Positions 53,690 through 64,000 of a stretch of DNA of 64,000 bases are shown in pieces. The stretch spans positions 52,514,001-52,578,000 of the forward strand of contig OX597816.1 of NCBI GenBank assembly GCA_951406725.2. Reading direction: 5' to 3'. This stretch comes from Octopus vulgaris (taxonomy: Eukaryota). The first letter of the stretch is position 1. Every line of letters starts with the position of its first letter. The position numbers and the translations under genes are program-made. The notes under the pieces were generated by a model, which did no database searches, was not told the DNA's origin, and was given only the letters and a program-made list of their open reading frames with translations.

Positions 53690-54305
53690 ACAATCTGCTG
53701 GATGGGTATTTTCAATGTGCATATATGATAGTGTAAGTGATTTGGGATAAAAAAAAAACTGGATATACAAGACATCAGATGTAGTGTGCAACAAAGTGAA
53801 CTGCACTGGCATGGTCATGTAATGTATATGTATGAAGACAGTTGCATCAAGAGGTGCAGATCTCTAATTTTGGAGGGGATACATGGAAGAGGTAAACCCA
53901 GGAAGATATGAGACAAAGTGTTGAGAAAGGATTTTCAGAGAGAAGCTGATAGGGGACTGAGACTCCTGGTGGGTTGCTGTGCTTGAGCAGTCACGTTAAG
54001 CTAAGTGAAAGCATGGTTGTCCTTGCATACAAGCATCCCTCTCCAACTGAACATTCCTACCAATCATGCAGGCTTATGGGAGCTGATGCCATGTAAAAAG
54101 CATCTGTACTGCTACCATATAAACACAACCATGCCAGTGCAGTGCAAAATCACCTAGTACACTCTGTAAAGTAGTTGCTACTAGGAAGGGCTTCAAGTCA
54201 TAGAAACTATGCTGAAACGGAGAGCTTTTCAGCTGGCCAGCTTCTGTCAAACCGTCCAACCCATGCCAGCATGGAAAACAGCCATTAAATGATGATAATA
54301 ATGAT
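53690..54305 (+). mobile_element. Old RTE LINE 3' end (ORF C-terminus, 3' UTR, GAT tail)
   Basis: LHWHGHVM...GRGKPRK remnants followed by the ccaacccatgc.agcatggaaa...gatgat terminus. Confidence 0.7.
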
Positions 54306-54702
54306 GTATGTGTATGTTGCTATCAAGCAGTGTTTATGCAAACTTTAGGTTAGTTAAAACATGTTTGCGACATTTCAACTGCTATAAGCAAATTCACTGC
54401 AGTTACCATGGAGAAAAAGTTGCTCTTATTGTAAAAAGTGTAAAAATACCTTATCTGTCCAGTGTCTCCCACTGTCAGATTCCTAGATATTAATGTGCCT
54501 AGTTTTTTGGTTGTTATCCATGGGAAATACCAAACAGAGGCAACTCTGGACATACCTTATCAAAGCCATGGCTTTGACTGTAATACAGTCAATACTACAC
54601 TCATGGAAATTACTGTAATATCAGTGCCAAGCAGTGTTTAGGTATAAGCAAACTTTAGGTTAGTTAAAATATGCTTGCAACACTTTTACCAGTGGAAATT
54701 GT

Positions 54703-54769
<67 letters not shown>

Positions 54770-54772
<3 letters not shown>

Positions 54773-55038
54773 CTGTAAATGTAAAATGTGACAATTATTC
54801 GGTAGCCATGATAAAATTCTGAGTTTCGGATGCCGAGGTGGTAATCCATGCTGCCATCTCTTCGGTTATCCAGCCATTGGAAGAGATGGCGGCATGGATT
54901 TCCACCTCGGCATCCGAAGCTCTGAGTTTTATCATGGCTACCAAATAATTGTCACATATTACATTTACAGATAAATTCCTCTATTCACATAACATCGAGG
55001 TCTCTTTCTTTCTTTTGTTGTCTTACCATTTTTATCAA
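54770..55038 (+). mobile_element. Fold-back element (third family) in (TA)n
   Basis: Inverted arms of about 95 bp (54770-54863 / 54880-54972) plus a T-rich tail. Confidence 0.7.
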
Positions 55039-55050
55039 TATATATATATA

Positions 55051-55341
55051 CTTTATTTAAAAGCAGCAGAAATTCAACAAAACCTGTTACTCGGAGTTTC
55101 ACGTTCCCGTTCGTCGGACAGTTTTGTTAAAATTGAACCGATATGACAATTCTATCAAGTCTTGATAGAATTGTTATATCGGTTCTATTTTAACAAAACT
55201 GTCCGACGAATGGTAACATGAAACTCCGAGTAACAGGTTTTGTTGAATTTCTGCTGCTTTTAAATAAAGTATATTACTCTACCCCTGGTAATTGAGTACT
55301 CTTTTTTTTCCACCTTGTTTCATATTTATGTGTTTACTCCG

Positions 55342-55345
<4 letters not shown>
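55051..55345 (+). mobile_element. Fold-back Penelope-like terminal repeat fragment with hammerhead-like motif on both arms
   Basis: Inverted arms of about 109 bp centred on 55160, then an unpaired T-rich tail; flanked by (TA)n. Confidence 0.75.
55199..55236 (+). ncRNA. Putative minimal type I hammerhead ribozyme (CCGACGA core variant); mirror copy at 55084-55121 on the minus strand
   Basis: CUGU-CCGACGA-AUG(guaa)CAU-GAA-ACUC(c)GAGU-A^-ACAG. All three stems pair, with a GUA cleavage triplet. Confidence 0.6.
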
Positions 55346-55373
<28 letters not shown>

Positions 55374-56989
55374 CTATATATATATTTATATACAACAGGT
55401 TTCTTTCAGTTTCCCCTTTAACTAAATTCTGTTACAAGACTTTGGGTATCCGAGGGCTATAGCAGAAGATATCTGTCCAAGTAACTGTGTTGTAGGATTG
55501 TACTTGATGTCACATAGTTGGGAAACAAACTTCTTAATCACACACTGCCATTTACACATATTAGATATATTTTATAAAAGAGGATTTTTAATATACTTGT
55601 GTTATTTGCTTATTCTCTATCAAACTCTTTCTCATAAAATGCTAGTGAAACTGAGTACTTTTTTTCCATTTCTTTCTTTTTTTCTTTCTTTTCTTTTTCT
55701 TTTTTTTTTTACTACACTTGGCTCTGATGAACAAAATGCATAAAAAAATCATCATGCTTTTTCATATCTATTTGCTTTTATTGCCACAGAAATAGCTGTA
55801 GCTGGAAATCTTTAAGAGGACGTACAATTTCTTCATGAGAAATATACGTGACTAACAGCCACTTAATTTAATGACAACAATTTAATAAAAGTTCAGACTT
55901 CATGCTGTGTTTGAATTTTATATATAGATACTTTAAATTTTCAAGTAATTTAATTGCAGAAAATATGTTAGTGGTTGCTCCTGCTGTTATTGTTGATGTT
56001 AGTGAGTTCCAAATCAGCTTTAATCAAGCAAACCTATAAACAAAACATTCTATCCATGACCATCTCAAACAATTTTTGAGATAGTATATCTAATGCTTTA
56101 TTTTCCAATATGTCCTTCATTTTCTAAGATGATAATATGAGAATTGACGGTGATTTGGCAGGTATGTCTAGCAAGCGAAATGGCTACATGAAGGCTTCCT
56201 AAACTTAATATCCTTTTGTGGCTTACATGTAAGATAATTTTCCTTCTGTAGGACTTATTTTTATTAAGTCTCATCCTTTGGAAACTTGGGCGAATCATTT
56301 AATGAGCTTTTTTTTTTTGTGCCAACATGGGTTGGGTGGATATCTACCTATTTGAGGCAATATTTTCATGCCTGGGTGCTCTTTTTGTCACCAGCCCTTT
56401 CTTGTTTAACAAATGTGTTTTTTATTATTCTACTTCAAGAGTGCAGAGCTCCAGGATGTAATAACTTAAAGGGAATGTAAACATGATGACACTATTTTTC
56501 ATTCAGACAATCTCAACTAAAAGAACGAAACTGACCGCTTTCATGCACACACATGCAAGCATACACACACACACCTGAGAAGGGAATAATGGGTAAAGAC
56601 AATGGAAACATGATGATAGTTGGTAAAAAGATTCAACAAGAACAGCATGGACAGCATCATATCAGAAGGCAGATTGCTAGGAGAAAGAGACTAACAGCAT
56701 AAGGAGTATCAGAAATGAGAGAGAGAGAGAGAGAAAGAGTGCGATGGCTTGAAAGAGTGATGATAAGGATGTGTTCAGTATGGACAACAGCCAATATGTG
56801 GCCATCCTTTTGCAATGAAAGAGGGAGAAACTAATTGTATGGATTACTAATTAATTACAATCAGAAAAAGTACACTGATAGAGGAGAATGTGGGTGACAA
56901 ATAAGAAAATAATGAAGACAGAGGGATAATGGTATATGAAGACTTAATGTGAACACAAATATTAAAAGAGGTCCAAATATAGTTACATA

Positions 56990-57383
56990 GGCGTAGGAGT
57001 GGCTGTGTGGTATGTAGCTTGCTCACCAACCACATCATTCCAGGTTCATTCCCACTGCTTGGCACCTTGGGCAAGTGTCTTCTACTATAGCCTCAGGCCG
57101 ACCAAAGCATTGTGAGTGGATTTGGTAGACAGAAACTGAAAGAAGACCGTCGTATATATATGTGTGTGTATGTGTTTGTGTGTCTGCATTTGTCCCTGCA
57201 ATATCGTTTGACTACCGATGCTGGTGAGTTTACGTCCCCGTAACTTAGCGGTTCAGCAAAAGAGACTGATAGAATAAGTACTAGGCTTCCAAAGAATAAA
57301 TCCTGGGGTCGATTTGCTCGACTAAAGGCGGTGCTCCAGCATGGCCACAGTCAAATGACTGAAACAAGTAAAAGAGTAAGAGT
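56990..57383 (+). mobile_element. SINE family B
   Basis: Colinear with 33450-33848. Confidence 0.85.
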
Positions 57384-57959
57384 ATATCCCAATCCTTTTC
57401 ATCATCACTACCATCAATATTTTTTAATGTTTTCCCATGTTTCTATGCACTGGGAAGGTCCTCTACATTCTGGCACCTCACAAGTTGGAAAATCTCTTAA
57501 GCTTCTGTCTCATAAGAGCAGTCTTTACTATTTCATACCATGTCTTCCAAAGTTTGCTTCTTCCATTGATTCCATTCAGTTGGAGTGTCCAGCATTCTTT
57601 ATACAGCTGACAACCACCTTACATACCATATACACATGTCAGTGTTGTTTTTTTTAGTTTTTCACACTTTGCTCAATTCCTCTTGTATTCAATTTTGTTC
57701 TCAGCTCATTTAGATATAATCAATCATGTACATTAATTTCAGTTTCAAATTTTGGCACAAAATCGACTCCACATTGACCCCCCCCCGCTACCAGTGCTCA
57801 ACTGGTACCTATTACATCAACCCCTCTAAAAATGAGAGGCAAAGTCAACCTCTGCAGAATTTGAACTCAGAACATAAAGCTGAATGAAAAGCTGCAATGC
57901 ATTTTCCTGATGTGCAAACAATTCTGTCAGCTTGCCACCCTAATCCTTTACATTGATAT

Positions 57960-58800
57960 TGATCAACCAAAAGAACATGTCAGTTTATTTATTTCCAGCC
58001 TTTTTAAGACCTCTGTATCCAAAGCCCATATCAGGCACTACTTCATACACAAATATCATACTATTGTCCTTCTACCCTGAAAGAGAAGGCCCTTTGACAC
58101 TAGGAGAGGTAATAGCTTCTTGATCCTTTTCTACCTCATTCTCATTATGGCATCTGTATTTTTCAGAATACCCCCCACCACTGCTAATTGTGTTTCCTAG
58201 GTAACAAACACTATCAACCGCTTCTAGAGAGCCTCCTAAGGATTTGGAAGAATTCATGAATGCTGTGCATCTGTCATATATGAAGTCAATTTACTCTGTC
58301 ACCAGGTAATTTCACTGCATCATTTGTGCATCCATAATTTACCATTCAATGTATGGAATTCCTATTTTTTCCTTCCCTGCATAACAAGCAAAGTTACTTT
58401 ACTGACAACAAAAGCGTCCTGTCATTTTTTTCAGCTCACTAAAAATTTAGTCTTTGCAATGTTTGCTTTGAGAACTCTCAGTCATAAATTTTGATTCCAA
58501 GGTTGGAATTTCTTCCTAACTCCTTGATTAATTCAGCTATTATAAAACTCATGCCATCAGCATACAGCAGGGGTTTTTTTTGCCATGGACATGTTATCTT
58601 AAAATGTTCTGATGTTACCAGGAAGAATACAATAAACAAAAGGGGAACTGAATCCTGATGAACACCAGCTTATACATCACATCCTCATAAATATACATTA
58701 TATCCTTCACTAATCCCTGTTAATTTTCCCTTGATTAATTATATCCCTGACTTACACAACTCTAACAACCAATCATTATCATAGATGTCACTGTCATCAT
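57960..58800 (-). mobile_element. Highly degenerate RTE LINE RT fragment
   Basis: LEAVDSVCYLGNTISSGGG plus upstream RT-like remnants. Confidence 0.55.
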
Positions 58801-59071
58801 CGTCATTTCCCCCACCATTTGATCCAAAAATCTGTGTCATTTCACCTAATTTTCATTTTACAGTATGTTCTTTTGTTTGAAAGGGAATGTACATTATACT
58901 ATAAAAACTTGACCAATGGTCATCATGTATCTTTCATACATGTCACACACTGCAACTTTCATTTCATGCACACACATATATAATGCAGGGACATATATTC
59001 CAGGTGTGCTAGGTGTATGTTGCACACCCATCGAAACTGGCAAATACATTATAATCTTAACTTTACTCATT

Positions 59072-59380
59072 AATTCTGTTGTGTCTGGGGAGAGTCATTT
59101 TCTTTTTGTACCTTATAATGTAACACACTCACCGGTAAAATCTCCACTTATTTCTTATTTTTATTTTCCTAAAATTTTCATTGCGTCTTGCAACCTTTTC
59201 AATAGTCAAGACTATTGAAAATTTTAGGAAAATAAAAATAAGAAATAAGTGGATATTTTACCGGTGAGTGTGTTACATTATAAGGCACAAAAAGAAAATG
59301 GCTCTCCCCAGACTCAACAGAATATGTTTCAACACATGAACTCATATAAGGAATCTTGCAAACCAAATCCAAAAACGAAA
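59072..59380 (+). mobile_element. Fold-back element (fourth family), second copy
   Basis: Same arms and tail; flanking direct repeat tttactcatt at 59062-59071 and 59381-59390. Confidence 0.75.
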
Positions 59381-59821
59381 TTTACTCATTTATTTAATCC
59401 CAAATCTTAATGAAAAACTTTTGCAATACCCCTATTTAAAATTTGGTGGTATTAGATGTGGCAGCAGACCCAATGCAACAACCACCATATGCTACTGATA
59501 CAATGTATAGTTGTATCATAAGCAACATGACTGTTACACTGGGTTTTTGGTAGGTAATGGTGTTATGTAGGCTGTAAACAGTGACTAACAGATACAATGC
59601 TATATTACAAGCAAATACATGAATGTAAACAAACAAATATATAACTGACAACAGTATATATGTCATTGATGGATCGAGTTAATACATTGGTTATCAATAC
59701 TCACATACACATGCACACACATTACATATATACTCATGCATATACATGCAGAAACATGCACACATGCATACATTCTACAATGATACCATTTCTAAAGATA
59801 TTTATTAATCATTATACTTAC

Positions 59822-59873
59822 ATTTTCCACATAAGGCTGACATACTGTCAAATTAATAGTATGTTCCGATGAC
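59822..59873 (-). CDS. FRMPD4: FRMPD4-like coding exon, end of the PDZ domain
   Basis: gtcctttag|GTCATCGGAA...GTGGAAAAT|gtaagt, 52 nt, phase 2 to 0. Reads (R)SSEHTINLTVCQPYVEN, compare RSCKESILLTVIQPY. Phases join both neighbouring exons in frame. Confidence 0.88.
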
Positions 59874-60939
59874 CTAAAGGACACAAAATGAATGGAGTAG
59901 TGATATGCATACATATTCATATAGCTAGTAATTGAATAGACAAAGATAACTGTGTTAACATATCATGCATTGAGCACTTACTTTACAGTCGTATATATGA
60001 ACACACAAATATATATATATAAAGAATGATATGCTATATGTATGTGTGTTATTATAATTATCAGTTTAATAAATAAATAAGTTAACATTTTTAATGTCCA
60101 AAAGTTGATAACCACCTATTGTTCTCCTCCATTTTCTTATTTGCAATACACACACACACACATATATATATATACATTCATACAAATATATGTATTTATA
60201 TATGCATATATATGTTGATATTGTAAATACACACACACACACAGATATATATATATATATATATATGCATCTGTGATTATTGTGTGTTTACACACATATG
60301 GGTTGAGTTATGATAGCTATTTAACTCATATCAATTTACTCTCTTTTGTTTTATTTTGTAATAATATTAGATAGAAAACAAAATACATAAGATTATTAAA
60401 TATCATATCTTATTAATATATTACTAGCTGTTCTCATGCAAATTCCACAATTATTTTGAAAATTGGAAAAATGGAATTGTATACTTTTCTGAAGCATTTG
60501 ATTTATGAGATGGTGTAAAGGTCCACAAAATTGAGTACTGAATGTATAATCTCAAAAAACGTCTCTGAAAATTATATTCTTACATCTTCCACTTTGTGTG
60601 TCGTTATTTATTATTTTTCATTTTACATCAAGAAGTAAACAATTTAAAATATGGAACAAAATGAAGACATCATCTACAATAATATTCTGCTACAGTACAT
60701 TGGTAAAGTTTTAACAGATCTTTATCCAACTATGTGAAAAAAGACTACAAAACCTTCATACTTTAAACTTTCTCCATCTTTCACTTGTTAGTTTAAGTTA
60801 TCTATCATTGCTCATATTTCATTTAAAAAATATAAGTTTTAATTGAGCAAGTGATAATTAATTGCACTAAAGTTGATGCATTAAGTGATGGGTAATATAT
60901 ATATATATAGGCGCAGGAGTATATATATATATAAATGGA

Positions 60940-61088
60940 GGGGTGGCTGTGTGGTAAGTAGCTTGCTTACCAACCACATGGTTCCAGGTTCAGTCCCACT
61001 GCATGGCACCTTGGGCTAGTGTCTTCTACTATAGACCAAAGCCTTGTGAATGGATTTGGTAGACGGAAACTGAAAGAAGCCCGTCATA

Positions 61089-61153
<65 letters not shown>

Positions 61154-61357
61154 ATATGTTTGTGTGTCTGTGTTTGTACCCCCAACATTGCTTGACAACC
61201 GATGGTAGTATGTTTACGTCCCCTTAACTTAGCAGTTCAGCAAAAGAGCTCAATAGAATAAGTACTCGGCTTCCAAAGAATAAGTCCTGGGATCGATTTG
61301 CTTGACTAAAGGCTGTGCTCCGGCATGGTCACAGTCAACTGACTGAAACAAGTAAAA

Positions 61358-61360
<3 letters not shown>
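60940..61360 (+). mobile_element. SINE family B
   Basis: Colinear, with an expanded internal (TA)n. Confidence 0.85.
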
Positions 61361-61413
<53 letters not shown>

Positions 61414-61634
61414 GTGTTTAAAAAATTACACTTTTCACTCTCCACCCACCAACACCACCTCTGTTGACCAATCCTAACACCACAATTATGACCACCAATA
61501 ACAACAACAACAACAACAACCAGTATATTCACCAGTAGTAAATCTCAGTCTTAGATATTTGTCAATCAAGCAAGTTCTGTTTCTCTCTCTATATTCCTCT
61601 TCCTTAAACTAACTGTATAATTACATAACATAAT

Positions 61635-61980
61635 TGCATTTGAGCAGGATTGTTACCAGCATTGCCTTACTGGCACGTGAAAAGACATTTGAGCGAGGTC
61701 ATTGCTAGTGCTGCTGGACTGGCTCCTGTGTAGGTAGCACGTAGAAAACACCATTTGAGCATGGCCATTGCCAGTACCACCTGACTGGTTCTCGTGCTGG
61801 TGGCACATAAAAGCAACCACTACACTCATGGAGTTGTTGGCGTTAGGAAGACCATCCAGCTGTAGAAACTCTACCAGATCAGATTGGAGCCTGGTGCAGT
61901 CATCTGGTTCGCCAGTCCTCTGTCAAATCGTCCAACCCATGCTAGCATGGAAAGCAGACGTTAAACTATGATGATGATGA
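61635..61980 (+). mobile_element. RTE 3' UTR-derived repeat
   Basis: Same family, with (GAT)n tail. Confidence 0.8.
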
Positions 61981-62456
61981 ATTGCAATCCCTTTCTTCTA
62001 ACTCTCACCACTCACACTGTTCACTCTCTCTCTCTTTCTCTTTGCCTCTCCCTTCAACTAGCCATGTGACAGCATTACACATTTGGCCTGAGCCCATTAA
62101 TATATGGATATTTTAATAAAATTAAACAAAAGTTTATATAATTATTATGTAAGTGTGTGTGTTATATGATTTTATTATGACCGTACTAATGTATAGTTTC
62201 AGTTTCAACTCATGATCCCAGCTCAAATTCTTTGCTTTAGCAAATACAACTCCACTGCATGGTATCTTGGGCATTTGACCTCTTCTGTAGCCCATGGCCA
62301 AGTTATGTCATGTGAGGGAAATTGTTTGACAGAGATTGTAATAAAATAAAAGACTGTAAGAAAGCCTACCATTTCTATGTGTGTGTGTGAGGATGTGAGT
62401 GCATAAATGTCAATTCAATATGTTATAATTAGTAACCATCTAATGAAAGACAGTGT

Positions 62457-62772
62457 GGAGGCACAATGGCCCAGTGGTTAGGGCAGTGGACTCACAGTCG
62501 GAGGATTGTAGTTTCGATTCCCAGACTGTCGCTGTGTGTGTTTATTGAGTGAAAACACCTAAAGCTCCATGAGACTCCACCAGGGGGTGGGGGTGGTGGC
62601 GACCCCTGTTGTATTCTTTCGCCCCAACTTTCTCTCACTTTCTCTTCCTGCTTCTTGAGTAACGCTGCGATAGACTGGTGTCCCATCCAGCTAGGGTGAA
62701 CACATAAGCCACAGAAACCGGGAAACTGGGCCCATGAGCCTGGCTAGGCTTGAAAAGGGCGAAAAAAAAAAA
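62457..62772 (+). mobile_element. SINE family D
   Basis: tRNA-like head, motif gctgcgatagactggtgtcccatccag, A tail. Confidence 0.8.
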
Positions 62773-63252
62773 TGACAGACAGTATCATTGTTCACTTTCT
62801 CCGGTGAGGAAATACTCTAGAGTTCAGCAAGCATGTGGAAACTGATGCAGTTAAGAAATATCTTCCTTGAAAAAGAAGTACAGGTTGGTGACAGGAAGAG
62901 CATCTAGCTATGATAAATCTGGCATCAAACGTTTAACGTATCTCATACAAGAAAGGAAAACTAGAAATAATCCTTTCTACTATATACAATATCCCTTTAA
63001 CTGGTTCACTCACAAGGCATTGGTCAGCTTGGGGTTATAGTAGAAGTCAACTGCCTATGGTACCATACAGTGGGACTGAATCTGAAATCACATGGTTGCA
63101 AAGTGAGCTATATAACCACACAGTAATGCCTGTTGTACCTGTAACATCAAATCATTTGTGGCAGACAGCCAGGCAAACAGAATACATGCTTGTGTGCATG
63201 AACGTCTCTGGAAAAGCAAACATCATTAAACATAAAATGAGGATGGTAATTA

Positions 63253-63435
<183 letters not shown>

Positions 63436-64000
63436 TCAATAAGAAATTTTTCCTTGGCGATAGAAGTTTTAAGGAGATCTTTTGTGTTACAGAAAATCAT
63501 TTTAATTTCAGGAAGTTTGAATTGAAGAAAATTCTGAGTGATTAATGGGGTGGACTTTTGAATTCCAAGTCTGCCATTAAAACTGCATTCAGAACCAAGA
63601 CAAACCACTTTGCTTGTCTCATTCAACTTAGTTCAAAATTAAATAACACTTCTACTTCAGACTTAAGTGGTGAGTATTTGAAAAGACATTCTGAATTACT
63701 TTAGTCATTTAAGAAGTTCACAACAGAATTGTCCAACAGATTTTTGTATGGAATTATTTTCCTTTATGATTGCCAAAATTAAAACATGAAAACCTTTAAA
63801 TATTTTAGTCGGTGTCAAAGCAACTTTAAAATGCTTAATATGTTTGGTTTTTGACAATGAATGGTCAGATTGTTTAAACAATAATTTACTCGTCTGAAGT
63901 GGCTGAGTAGAGGAGCAATATGTTAAAGACATAAATCTCTCTTTGCTTCAATAAAATCTTAAAAGATTGCTGTTTAAAAACAACCTGAAAAATTAAGCTG

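Noticed and set aside
54450-54482. 33-nt AG...GT segment on minus (ESDSGRHWTDK)
   Set aside because: No polypyrimidine tract and a weak donor.

Overview
AT-rich, repeat-dense eukaryotic genomic DNA. The SINE, LINE and microsatellite repertoire is most consistent with an Octopus (cephalopod) genome; this is an inference, not a search result. Most of the window is intronic sequence of one minus-strand gene, a FRMPD4/Preso-like FERM-and-PDZ scaffold. Three of its coding exons can be read by hand (63356-63254, 59873-59822, 14039-13926) with GT-AG sites and matching phases, and they are separated by introns of about 3.4 kb and 45.8 kb. The introns and downstream sequence hold a decayed Penelope-like retroelement (RT plus GIY-YIG), two mariner relics, RTE and CR1 LINE fragments, non-autonomous Helitrons, a solo LTR, at least four tRNA-derived SINE families and many (TA)n tracts. 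Two unexplained patterns stand out. First, several unrelated families of short fold-back elements, mostly in TA microsatellites, carry minimal hammerhead-ribozyme-like cores, some with non-canonical CCGACGA or UUGAAAA cores. Second, one SINE copy carries a 3'-transduced piece of Penelope sequence. Nearly all short ORFs in the supplied track are spurious products of repeats. Repeat boundaries were read by eye and are approximate.
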